Positions 11,130 through 20,033 of a stretch of 58,884 nt of DNA are shown in pieces. The position numbers and the translations under genes are program-made. Where the stretch lies: positions 1 through 58,884 of the forward strand of contig NZ_JBJEHY010000036.1 in NCBI RefSeq assembly GCF_051876515.1, given 5' to 3'. The DNA comes from Nocardioides sp. GTDB lineage: Bacteria > Actinomycetota > Actinomycetes > Propionibacteriales > Nocardioidaceae. A model generated the notes under the pieces. It worked only from the letters and a program-made list of their open reading frames with translations, was not told the origin of the DNA and did not search any database. How positions within the stretch are numbered: the stretch's first letter is position 1; each line of letters starts with the position of its first letter.

Positions 11130-12286
11130 GACAGCACCGCCGCGGTGAGCTTGGACAGCGGCTCCGAGAGCGCGTTGACCGCGTTGGAGAGCTCCTGCAC
11201 CTCGGCCTGGGAGAGCTCGTCGTAGTAGCGGAAGCCGTCGTCGGTGCGCTGGGCGTCGAGCAGCTCCTGCAGGGCGTCGAACCGGGTGGTCAGGGTGTCG
11301 GCCAGCTCGGCGTCCTTGGCCTCGACGATCGGCTTGACGCCCTCGAAGGCGACGCGGGCGCCGTCGATGTTGGCCTGGAAGTCCCACAGGTCGGTGTGCG
11401 ACCAGATCTCCTCCTCGCCGGTGACCTTGCCGCTGGCGACCTCCTCGAGCAGGCCGCGCGAGCCGTTGGCGATCTGGTCGACGGTGTACTCGAGCTCCTG
11501 GACGCGCTCGTCGAGGGTCTCGGTGTTCTTCATGAGGTCGTCGGCGAAGGTGGCGCGCTGCTTGTCGTTGAGCGCCTTGTATCCCTTGGCCGGCGGCCAC
11601 AGGTCCTTCTCGATGCGGTGCCAGCCGGTCCACTTCTGACCGGGCTCGAGGTCGGCCTCGCGGGCGTCCATCATCGGATCGAGGTCACCGAAGGACTCGG
11701 CGACGGTCTCGATGCGCTCCCAGTGCACGCGGGCCTCCGCGTACAGGGCGCGCGCCTCGTCGTCGTTGCCGGCCTTGTAGAGCTCGACGAACTCGGAGGT
11801 CTTGGTGACGAGCTGGTCGGACTGGTCCTGGACGTACGCGGCGTAGTTCTTCAGCGCCGCGTCCACCAGGGCCTGGTCGTCGGCGTCCACCGTGGGCGCC
11901 TCGTCGGACTCGGTGACCGTGAAGTCGTCGCGGATGCCGTCGCCCTTCATCCCCGGCTTGCAGGCGGTGAGGTACCCGCCCTCGGGGGCGGCGACCACGA
12001 GCTGGCGCGACAGCTGGGGACCGATGTTCTCGACCTCGGCCACGATCCGCAGGCCGTCGGAGGCCAGGAGGTAGAACTCGGTGACCTCGGAGCCGTTGTT
12101 GGTGACGTTGAACGTCAGCGTCCCCGCCGGTGCCTCGGTGGCCGACAGCTCGCACGCGTCCGCGGTGGACAGGACGTCGATGGTGCGGGCGTCGCCGGAC
12201 TCCGTGTCCGGGTCGACGTTCTCGGTGCAGGCCGCCAGCAGGGGCACCGCGGCGAGCAGTGCGACGGCGAGGGACGAGCGCTTCAT
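11126..12286 (-). CDS. efeO: Iron uptake lipoprotein EfeO
   Basis: Lipobox LAAC, cupredoxin-like EVENIGP, WERIE, TGWHRIEKDLW, GEEEIWSHTDLWDF. Confidence 0.93.
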   Translation of the reverse strand: MKRSSLAVALLAAVPLLAACTENVDPDTESGDARTIDVLSTADACELSATEAPAGTLTFNVTNNGSEVTEFYLLASDGLRIVAEVENIGPQLSRQLVVAAPEGGYLTACKPGMKGDGIRDDFTVTESDEAPTVDADDQALVDAALKNYAAYVQDQSDQLVTKTSEFVELYKAGNDDEARALYAEARVHWERIETVAESFGDLDPMMDAREADLEPGQKWTGWHRIEKDLWPPAKGYKALNDKQRATFADDLMKNTETLDERVQELEYTVDQIANGSRGLLEEVASGKVTGEEEIWSHTDLWDFQANIDGARVAFEGVKPIVEAKDAELADTLTTRFDALQELLDAQRTDDGFRYYDELSQAEVQELSNAVNALSEPLSKLTAAVLS

Positions 12287-12305
12287 GGTGCTTCCTTGGT
12301 GTCGG

Positions 12306-13160
12306 TCAGATCTCGGACGCGGCCGGTTGCGGCGTCGAGGGGGTGGAGGAACGTCGGATCCCGCGGACGAAGAGGAACATCACCGGGACCACGTAGAGCA
12401 CCCACGCGACGGCCTCGAGGACCGTCGTGGCGGGCGAGAAGTTGAAGATGCCCTTGAGCAGGGTTCCGTACCAGCTGGACGGCGGGATGGCCTCCGAGAC
12501 GTCCCAGGCCAGGGTGTGCAGGCCGGGCAGGATGCCGGCCTCCTGCAGGTCGTGGACGCCGTACGCGAGGACGCCGGCGGCCACGATGATGAGGAAGCCA
12601 CCGGTCCAGGCGAAGAACTTCGACAGGTTGATCGAGATGGCCCCGCGGTAGATGAGCCACCCGAGGACCACGGCGGTGGCCAGTCCGGCCGCGGCGCCGA
12701 GGAGCGGCTGCCAGGTGGCCCCGGACTCGCGGGTGGCGGCCTCGGTGGTCGACCACAGGAACAGGGCCGTCTCCAGGCCCTCGCGGCCCACCGCGAGCAT
12801 GGCGACGAGGACGAGACCCCACCAGCTGCCCTCGGCGGCGTCGTCGATCTGGCCGCGCAGCTCCCCGCTCAACGAGCGGGACGCCTTGGCCATCCAGAAG
12901 ATCATCCAGGTGACCAGGCCGACCGCGACGATCGACAGGATGCCTCCGATGGCCTCCTGGGCCTCGAACGTCAGTCCGCGCGGGCCGTAGAAGAGGGCGA
13001 ACCCGAACGCGAGCGCCACCCCGGCGGCGATGGCCACGCCGAGCCAGATCCGCGGAAGGAGGTGACGTCGGTCCGTCTTGACGAGGTAGGCCACCAGGAT
13101 GCTCACCACGAGGGCAGCCTCCAGGCCTTCACGCAGACCGATCAGGTAGTTCGCCAGCAC
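12306..13160 (-). CDS. efeU: FTR1-family iron permease EfeU
   Basis: Two REGLE motifs, 7-8 TM segments. Confidence 0.93.
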   Translation of the reverse strand: MLANYLIGLREGLEAALVVSILVAYLVKTDRRHLLPRIWLGVAIAAGVALAFGFALFYGPRGLTFEAQEAIGGILSIVAVGLVTWMIFWMAKASRSLSGELRGQIDDAAEGSWWGLVLVAMLAVGREGLETALFLWSTTEAATRESGATWQPLLGAAAGLATAVVLGWLIYRGAISINLSKFFAWTGGFLIIVAAGVLAYGVHDLQEAGILPGLHTLAWDVSEAIPPSSWYGTLLKGIFNFSPATTVLEAVAWVLYVVPVMFLFVRGIRRSSTPSTPQPAASEI

Positions 13161-13184
13161 ATCTCGGGAATGTACTCCTGCTTC

Positions 13185-13203
13185 TTAGGTTCACCTAACT
13201 GAT
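13185..13203. promoter_or_regulatory. DtxR/IdeR iron box upstream of efeUOB
   Basis: TTAGGTTCACCTAACTGAT matches 14/19 of consensus TTAGGTTAGCCTAACCTAA, 24 bp from the efeU start. Confidence 0.75.
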
Positions 13204-13239
13204 GCGGCGCACGTCACTGTCGTACGGCAGGGTGGCCCC

Positions 13240-15024
13240 ATGCATGTCGTAGGAGTGGACCTCGCCTGGGGTGGCCGCCGCCCGACCGGGCTGGCCGTGC
13301 TGGACGCCCATGGGCGCCTGGCGCACCTGAGCAGCGTCACCGACGACGACGAGATCGTGTCGGCCCTCGACCCGTACGTCGCCGACGCCTGCCTGGTCGC
13401 GTTCGACGCGCCCCTCATCGTCGTCAACGCGACTGGCAACCGGCCGGCCGAGGCCGCACTCAACCGCGACTTCGCCCGGTTCGACGCCGGCGCGCACCCG
13501 TCCAACACGGGCAAGCCCGAGTTCGCCGGCAAGCCCCGCGGCGCCCGCCTGGCCGGACGGCTCGGGCTGGACATGAACCCGCGCTCCGGACGGGCCCGGC
13601 GTGCCCTGGAGGTCTACCCGCACCCGGCGACGGTCGCGCTGTTCGGGCTGGGCCGCACGCTGAAGTACAAGAACAAGCCGGGCCGCACGCTGGACCAGCT
13701 GCGGTCCGAGCTGCTGGTCCTGATGGGGCTGCTGGAGGGGCTGGCACGGGCCGAGGTCCCGCTGCGCCTCGACGAGGGGGCCGCCGCCGGCGTCTGGTCG
13801 TCGCTGCGCTCCGACGTGGCCGGCGCTGGCCGCAAGAGCGAGGTCCGCGTCGTGGAGGACCAGGTCGACGCCGTGGTCTGCGCGTACGTCGGGCTCCTGG
13901 CGGTGCGCACCCCGGAGGCGCTGACGACGTACGGGGACTTCGAGAACGGCTACATCGTGACGCCGACCCTGCCGGCCGGGCACTCCCCCGCGCCGCGCCG
14001 CCCGGCGGCGGAGCAGGCGAGCCAGACGCCGGCGGCGCCGACCGACACGTCGGCGGCGGTGAGCGAGTACGCCCGCCGGCAGCCCGCGCTCAAGCGGGCC
14101 ACCACGTCGTTCACCGAGCTCATCACCTCCGTGCTGGACGAGGCCGGCATCAACTACCTGGCGATCAGCGGACGCACGAAGTCGGTCGCCTCGTTCGCCG
14201 GCAAGGCGCGGCGCACGGTCGACGGGGTGCCGATGTACGCCGAGCCGCTGGAGGACATCGGCGACCAGATCGGGCTGCGCGTCATCACCTACGCCCAGGA
14301 CGACGTCACCGCGGTGGCGCACCTGATCCACGAGCAGTTCGTGGTCCACGACGACCGCGACCTGGGGCTGGTCACGGCCAGCGAGGGACGCTTCGGGTAC
14401 GCCAGCCGCCACCTGCACATCGGGCTGGGGCCCGACGACGCCGCCGCGCACCCCGAGCTGGCCGACCTGGTCGCGCAGGTGCAGCTGCGCACCGTCCTGC
14501 AGCACGCGTGGGCCGAGTTCGAGCACGACATCCGCTACAAGGGCACCGTCCCCGACGAGCACGTGCCCGACCTCGACCGCCGGTTCACCCTCGCCGCGGG
14601 CCTGCTCGAGCTGGCCGACCGAGAGTTCTCGACGATCCGCGCCAAGCTGCGCGAGTCGCTGACCAGCGCCGGGGCTCCGGAGACGGGCGGGGACCCGCGG
14701 ATCTCGGCGCGCGAGCTGGCCGCCTTCCTGGCCGGGCAGTACTCCGACGCGGGCTGGTCGCGCACCGAGCACTACGACTGGATCGGCACCCTGGTGCTCG
14801 AGCTGGGCATCACCTCGCTCACCGAGCTGGGCGAGACCCTGCGCGGCGTGGACGAGGAGACGCTCGCAGAGCGCATGGACTACCGCTACCCTCCCGCCGC
14901 CGTGCGGCGCCTCGACGACGCCCTGCTGTGGGCGCACGGCGAGACGTACGTGTCCCTGCACGCCAACGCGCACCGCGTCGACGCGCTGCGGGCCCGGCTG
15001 GCCAAGATGCGCGCCAGCGACTGA
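13240..15024 (+). CDS. DUF429 (RNase H-like) + RelA/SpoT synthetase fusion, RelZ-like
   Basis: N-term VGVDLAWG, AFDAPL, EVYPHPA, DQVDAVVCA; C-term GRTKS, DQIGLRVIT, GYASRH, QLRTVLQHAWAEFEHDIRYK. Confidence 0.88.
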   Translation: MHVVGVDLAWGGRRPTGLAVLDAHGRLAHLSSVTDDDEIVSALDPYVADACLVAFDAPLIVVNATGNRPAEAALNRDFARFDAGAHPSNTGKPEFAGKPRGARLAGRLGLDMNPRSGRARRALEVYPHPATVALFGLGRTLKYKNKPGRTLDQLRSELLVLMGLLEGLARAEVPLRLDEGAAAGVWSSLRSDVAGAGRKSEVRVVEDQVDAVVCAYVGLLAVRTPEALTTYGDFENGYIVTPTLPAGHSPAPRRPAAEQASQTPAAPTDTSAAVSEYARRQPALKRATTSFTELITSVLDEAGINYLAISGRTKSVASFAGKARRTVDGVPMYAEPLEDIGDQIGLRVITYAQDDVTAVAHLIHEQFVVHDDRDLGLVTASEGRFGYASRHLHIGLGPDDAAAHPELADLVAQVQLRTVLQHAWAEFEHDIRYKGTVPDEHVPDLDRRFTLAAGLLELADREFSTIRAKLRESLTSAGAPETGGDPRISARELAAFLAGQYSDAGWSRTEHYDWIGTLVLELGITSLTELGETLRGVDEETLAERMDYRYPPAAVRRLDDALLWAHGETYVSLHANAHRVDALRARLAKMRASD

Positions 15025-15040
15025 GCGCCCCGGACGCACG

Positions 15041-15074
15041 ACGGCCCCTCCCCGCGGTGGCGGGAAGGGGCCGT
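15041..15074. terminator. Hairpin between convergent genes
   Basis: ACGGCCCCTCCCCGC-GGTG-GCGGGAAGGGGCCGT. Confidence 0.6.
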
Positions 15075-15088
15075 ACGAGAGGTCTGCG

Positions 15089-16252
15089 TCAGCCGGCCAG
15101 GACCTGGCGGCCCATCACCAGACGCTGGATCTGGTTGGTGCCCTCGTAGATCTGGGTGATCTTGGCGTCGCGCATCATGCGCTCGACCGGGAAGTCCTGC
15201 GTGTAGCCGTACCCGCCGAGCAGCTGCACGGCGTCGGTGGTGATCTCCATGGCCACGTCGGAGGCGAAGCACTTGGCGGCGGCACCGAAGAAGCCGAGGT
15301 CGGCGTCGTCGCGCTCGGACTTGGCGGCGGCGACGTAGACCATCTGGCGGGCGGCCTCGAGCTTCATCGCCATGTCGGCCAGCATGAACTGGATCGACTG
15401 GAAGTCGGCGATGTGCTTGCCGAACTGCTTGCGCTCCTTGACGTAGCCCACGGCGAAGTCGAGCGCGCCCTGGGCGATGCCGACGGCCTGCGCACCGATG
15501 GTGACGCGGGTGTGGTCGAGGGTGCGCAGCGCCAGCTTGAGGCCGGTGCCGGGCTCGCCGATCATGCGGTCGGCGGGGATCCGGACGTTGTCGAAGAGCA
15601 GCTCGCGGGTCGGGGACCCCTTGATGCCGAGCTTGCGCTCCTTCTCGCCGAAGGTGAAGCCCTCGTCGGACTTCTCCACGATGAACGCCGAGACGTTGCT
15701 GCCGCGCTTGCCCTCGGGGTCGGTCACCGCGAGCACGGTGTAGAACTCCGAGACGCCCGCGTTGGTGATCCACGACTTCTGGCCGTTGAGGACGTACTCG
15801 TCACCGTCGCGCACCGCACGGGTCTTCATCGAGGCCGTGTCGGACCCGGCGTCGCGCTCGGACAGGCCGTAGGAGAAGCCGCCCTTGCCCTGCGCGAGCG
15901 GGGTCAGGTACTTCGCCTTCAGCTCCTCCGAGCCGCCCAGGATGAGCGGCATCGAACCGAGCTTGTTGACCGCCGGGATCAGCGAGGACGACGCGCAGAC
16001 ACGGGCGACCTCCTCGATCACGATGCAGGTGGCCAGCGCGTCGGCGCCGACACCGTCGTACTCCTCGGCCACGTGGGGCGCGTAGAAGTCGGAGGCGATG
16101 AGGGCGTCCTCGGCCTCCTGCGGGTACCGGGCCTGGTCGTCCACCTCGGCCGCGAACGGCGCGATCTTGGCCTCGCAGATCTCACGGACGGCCTCGCGGA
16201 TCGCCTCGTGGTCCTCGGAGAGCCGGTAGACGTCGAAGTCGGGGTTGCTCAT
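15089..16252 (-). CDS. Acyl-CoA dehydrogenase
   Basis: YGLSERDAGSD, LNGQKSWITN, ERKQFGK, QLLGGYG, IYEGTNQIQR. Confidence 0.95.
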   Translation of the reverse strand: MSNPDFDVYRLSEDHEAIREAVREICEAKIAPFAAEVDDQARYPQEAEDALIASDFYAPHVAEEYDGVGADALATCIVIEEVARVCASSSLIPAVNKLGSMPLILGGSEELKAKYLTPLAQGKGGFSYGLSERDAGSDTASMKTRAVRDGDEYVLNGQKSWITNAGVSEFYTVLAVTDPEGKRGSNVSAFIVEKSDEGFTFGEKERKLGIKGSPTRELLFDNVRIPADRMIGEPGTGLKLALRTLDHTRVTIGAQAVGIAQGALDFAVGYVKERKQFGKHIADFQSIQFMLADMAMKLEAARQMVYVAAAKSERDDADLGFFGAAAKCFASDVAMEITTDAVQLLGGYGYTQDFPVERMMRDAKITQIYEGTNQIQRLVMGRQVLAG

Positions 16253-16271
16253 GGGGTGGTGCCTTCCGAGA

Positions 16272-17117
16272 TCAGTTGTAGGTGTAGAAGCCGCGACCGG
16301 TCTTGCGGCCCAGCAGGCCGGCGTCGACCATGCGGTTGAGCAGCGGCGGGGCGGCGTACAGGGACTCCTTGAACTCCTCGTACAGCGACTCGGCGACGGC
16401 CTTGGTGGTGTCGAGGCCGATCAGGTCGGCCAGGGCGAGCGGGCCCTGCGGGTGCGCGGCGCCCAGCACGAGGCCGTTGTCGATGTCCTCGGCGGAGGCG
16501 AAGCCGGACTCGAACATCCGGATCGCCGAGAGGATGAACGGGATCAGCAGCGAGTTGACCACGAAGCCGGCGCGGTCCTGGCAGTCGATAGCGGTCTTGC
16601 CCAGGGTGCCCTCGACGAAGGTGCGCGCCTGCTCGGTGACCTCCTTGGAGGTGACGATGGAGGGCACGAGCTCGACGAGCTTGAGGACCGGCACCGGGTT
16701 GAAGAAGTGGATGCCGAGCACGCGCTCGGGGCGCGAGGTGACCACGCCGAGCTTCATGATCGGGATCGAGGAGGTGTTGGAGGCCAGGATCGCGTCGGGC
16801 GAGGTGACGATCTTGTCGAGCTGGCGGAACAGCTCGGTCTTGGCGTCCTCGTCCTCGACGATGGCCTCGATGACCAGGTCGCGGTCGGCGAGCTCGTCCA
16901 GCGAGGTGACGACGCGGATGTTGTCGAGCACGGCGGCCGCGGAGTCGATCTTGCCCTTCGCCTCGGCACGCTCGAGCGACTTGGTCAGGCGGCCCTTCGC
17001 GGCCTCGGCGGCGGCGTCCGAGGACTCCACCACGATCACGTCGAGACCGGCGCGCGCGCTGACCTCGGCGATGCCCGAACCCATCAAGCCGCCACCGACG
17101 ACTCCGACCTTCTGCAT
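16272..17117 (-). CDS. 3-hydroxybutyryl-CoA dehydrogenase
   Basis: VGVVGGGLMGSGIA, EAIVED, ASNTSS, HFFNPVP, GFVVN; AAGGAG RBS 6 nt before ATG 17117. Confidence 0.93.
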   Translation of the reverse strand: MQKVGVVGGGLMGSGIAEVSARAGLDVIVVESSDAAAEAAKGRLTKSLERAEAKGKIDSAAAVLDNIRVVTSLDELADRDLVIEAIVEDEDAKTELFRQLDKIVTSPDAILASNTSSIPIMKLGVVTSRPERVLGIHFFNPVPVLKLVELVPSIVTSKEVTEQARTFVEGTLGKTAIDCQDRAGFVVNSLLIPFILSAIRMFESGFASAEDIDNGLVLGAAHPQGPLALADLIGLDTTKAVAESLYEEFKESLYAAPPLLNRMVDAGLLGRKTGRGFYTYN

Positions 17118-17156
17118 CTGCATCTCCTTGCGGGAACTGGTCTCCGTACCGGAATT

Positions 17157-17190
17157 GGTACTCGATACAGTCCGTACGGTACTCAGTACC
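17157..17190. promoter_or_regulatory. Probable TetR operator sites
   Basis: Palindrome GGTACTCAGTACC (17178-17190) and related GGTACTCGATAC (17157-17168) between the divergent dehydrogenase and tetR. Confidence 0.6.
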
Positions 17191-17246
17191 ATGACGTTCG
17201 CGCACATCGACGCCGTCGATCCCCACCCCAGGAAGGGACGCCCCAC

Positions 17247-17927
17247 GTGAGCAGCACCCGCGACCGCCTCATCGAGGCCGCCTTCGCCCTCTTCGAGGAG
17301 CGCGGGTACGAGGCGACCACGGTGGACGACGTGGCCGAGCGCGCCGGCGTCGGGCGTACGACGTTCTTCCGCGCCTTCCGCTCCAAGGAGGACGTGATCT
17401 TCCCCGACCACGCCGCCGTGGTCGGGGCCATCGAGGACCGGCTGGCGACCGCCACCGACACGACCGCGCTGCTGGCCGTCACGGAGGCCGCGCGGCTCGT
17501 CCTGCTGCACTACCTGCACGAGGGCGCCCGCGCCCGCACCCGGTACGGCCTGACCCGCAGCGTCCCCGCCCTGCGCGCCCGCGAGATCGCGGGCCAGCAG
17601 CGCTACCAGCGCACCTTCCGCGGCTTCCTGCACGAGTGGATGGGCGGCACCGCCGCCAGCGCCCTGCGGGCCGAGCTGATGGCCAACGCGGTCGTGACCG
17701 CGCACAACCACGTGCTGCGCCGCTGGTTGCGCGCCGAGATCGGCGACGCGGTGGCGCAGAAGGAGTTCGACACGGCGATGGGTTACCTCACCCAGCTCTT
17801 CGAGGACCAGACCGGAGAGCGGAAGCAGGACGAACCGGCGGCCGTGGTGGTGGTACGAACGGACAGCAACCTCGCCTCCGTCGCCGACGCCGTGCGCACC
17901 GCCCTCGAAGGATTCCGCACCACGTGA
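17247..17927 (+). CDS. TetR-family regulator
   Basis: RDRLIEAAFALFEERGYEATTVDDVAERAGVGRTTFFRAFRSKED HTH. Confidence 0.92.
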   Translation: MSSTRDRLIEAAFALFEERGYEATTVDDVAERAGVGRTTFFRAFRSKEDVIFPDHAAVVGAIEDRLATATDTTALLAVTEAARLVLLHYLHEGARARTRYGLTRSVPALRAREIAGQQRYQRTFRGFLHEWMGGTAASALRAELMANAVVTAHNHVLRRWLRAEIGDAVAQKEFDTAMGYLTQLFEDQTGERKQDEPAAVVVVRTDSNLASVADAVRTALEGFRTT

Positions 17928-19300
17928 CCCCCTCCCCGCAGCCCCGGCTGCTCCTGACCGCTCTGGTCGTCATCACCACCGCCACCTCCGTCGTGAGCAG
18001 CCTCGGCGCTCCCCTGGTGCCCCTGCTCGCCACGCACTTCGAGGTCAGCCTCACCGACGCGCAGTGGTCGCTGACCGCATCGCTGCTGACCTCGGTGGTG
18101 GCCACGCCGCTGCTGGGGCGCCTGGGCAGCGGGCGGCGACGACGGCCGGTGGTCCTCACGGCGCTGGCACTCGTTCTGCTCGGCACCGTCGTCGCCGCGT
18201 TCTCGCCGTCGTTCTGGCTGCTGGTGGCCGGGCGCTCCCTGCAGGGGCTCGGCCTCTCGGTCACGCCGCTGGCGCTGGCCATCGCCCGCGAGCACCTGCC
18301 AGCCAGCCAGGCACCCGGGGCGCTCGCGGTGCTCTCGCTGACCACCGTGGCAGGAGCCGGGCTGGGCTACCCGTTCACGTCGTTCATGGCCGAGCACCTC
18401 GGCATCCGCGGGGCGTACCTCGCCGGCGCGGTGCTGATGGCGATCACCCTCGCGATCACCGTGGTGGCGGTGCCCGGGGCCCAGGGTGACGACCCGCAGC
18501 GTACGGACGTGCTCGGTGCCGGCCTGATCGGCGTCGGCCTGGGTGGCGTGCTGCTCGCCCTCTCGCGCGGCGAGACGTGGGGGTGGACGTCGGTCGCGAC
18601 CCTGGTCACCGCCGGCCTGGGCGCGGCGCTGCTGGCCGCTTTCGTGGTCCGTACCCTGCGGGTCCCCCACCCGCTGGTGGACCTGCGCCTGGCCGTCCGG
18701 CCAGGGCTGGCCAACGCCAACCTCGTCGCCTTCGCGGCAGGCGTGGGGATGTACAGCCTGCTGACCCTCGCCGTCGTGGTCGTGCAGGCCGACTGGGGGC
18801 TGGGCCGGTCCGTGGCAGTGGCCGGCTGGGTGCTGGTCCCCTACTCGCTGTGCGCCGTGATCGGGACCCGGCTGTCCCAGGCGTACCGCCGCCAGCTCGG
18901 CGTCCGGTACCAGCTGCTCGTCGGGTGCCTCGTGTTCGGCGGCGCGTGCGCGCTCATGGCGCTGAGCCACGACAGCCTCACCGCCGTGCTGGTGGCGATG
19001 GGCGTCGGAGGCATCGGCAGCGGGTTCACCTTCTCCTCGATGGCGGTGATCATGGTGCCGTACCTGCCCCCGGGCGAGACCGGCAGCGCGATGGCGCTCA
19101 ACATGCTGCTGCGCCACAGCGGGTTCACCGTCGGCAGCGCGGCCGCGATCACCCTGATGCACGTCTTCGGAGGGCTCGGCGAGCGCGGCTTCACCGGAGC
19201 CCTCACGGTCATCGTCGGGCTCTGGGTCCTCACCGCGCTGGCGAGCGCCGTGATGGACCGTCGGACGCCCCCGAGCGGCGCGGTGCCCGGCTCCGCGTGA
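17924..19300 (+). CDS. MFS transporter
   Basis: About 14 TM segments, GRLG..RRR motif A, GRSLQGLG; GTGA overlap with tetR. Confidence 0.88.
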   Translation: MTPSPQPRLLLTALVVITTATSVVSSLGAPLVPLLATHFEVSLTDAQWSLTASLLTSVVATPLLGRLGSGRRRRPVVLTALALVLLGTVVAAFSPSFWLLVAGRSLQGLGLSVTPLALAIAREHLPASQAPGALAVLSLTTVAGAGLGYPFTSFMAEHLGIRGAYLAGAVLMAITLAITVVAVPGAQGDDPQRTDVLGAGLIGVGLGGVLLALSRGETWGWTSVATLVTAGLGAALLAAFVVRTLRVPHPLVDLRLAVRPGLANANLVAFAAGVGMYSLLTLAVVVVQADWGLGRSVAVAGWVLVPYSLCAVIGTRLSQAYRRQLGVRYQLLVGCLVFGGACALMALSHDSLTAVLVAMGVGGIGSGFTFSSMAVIMVPYLPPGETGSAMALNMLLRHSGFTVGSAAAITLMHVFGGLGERGFTGALTVIVGLWVLTALASAVMDRRTPPSGAVPGSA

Positions 19301-20033
19301 GGAGCGTCCACAGCCGCGCCGGGAGCAGGCGGGCGGCCCCCATGAGCACGGCCATCGGCCAGGGGAAGACGATCGTGGCGCGCTCGGCCTCCAGCCCGTC
19401 GGCGATCGCCCGCGCCGCCTCGTCGGCCTCCACCATGAACGGCATCGGGAACGTGTTCCGCGCCGTCATCGGCGTCCGCACGAACCCGGGGCAGACCGTC
19501 GTGACCCGGACGCCGCGCCGCTGCAGCGCCCCGCGCAGGGCCTCCAGGAGGTTGATCTGGGCGGCCTTCGTCGCCCCGTACGCCTCCGATCCGGGCAGCC
19601 CGCGGTAGCCCGCCACCGACGCCACCCCGACGACGTGGCCGGCGCCGCGGGCGACCATCGGCGGCACCACGGCAGCGAGCAGGTTGTTGAGTCCCAGCAG
19701 GTTGACCCGTACGTGCTGCTCGAAGACGTCGGCGTCCCAGGTGGCGGCGTCGAACTGCTCCCAGTGGCCCGCGCACCACACGACCATGTCGATCCCGCCC
19801 AGACCGTCGGCCACCGCGGTCGCAGCCTCGGCGACCGAGGCCCGGTCGGCGGCGTCCACCGGGACCGCCAGCATGCGGGTGCCGGCCACCTCCTCCAGCG
19901 CCTCGCGGCGGCGGGCGCTGACCGCCACCCGCGCCCCGCGGGCCCGGAGCTCGTCGGCCAGTGCGGCGCCGATGCCGCTGCTGGCCCCGACCACCCAGCA
20001 GCGGCGGCCGTGCAGTGGCGACAGGCCGCTCAC
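19230..20033 (-). CDS. Short-chain dehydrogenase/reductase
   Basis: GASSGIG, YGATKAA, VCPGFVRT. Confidence 0.9.
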   Translation of the reverse strand: MSGLSPLHGRRCWVVGASSGIGAALADELRARGARVAVSARRREALEEVAGTRMLAVPVDAADRASVAEAATAVADGLGGIDMVVWCAGHWEQFDAATWDADVFEQHVRVNLLGLNNLLAAVVPPMVARGAGHVVGVASVAGYRGLPGSEAYGATKAAQINLLEALRGALQRRGVRVTTVCPGFVRTPMTARNTFPMPFMVEADEAARAIADGLEAERATIVFPWPMAVLMGAARLLPARLWTLLTRSRAPRRSGASDGPSRRSPAR

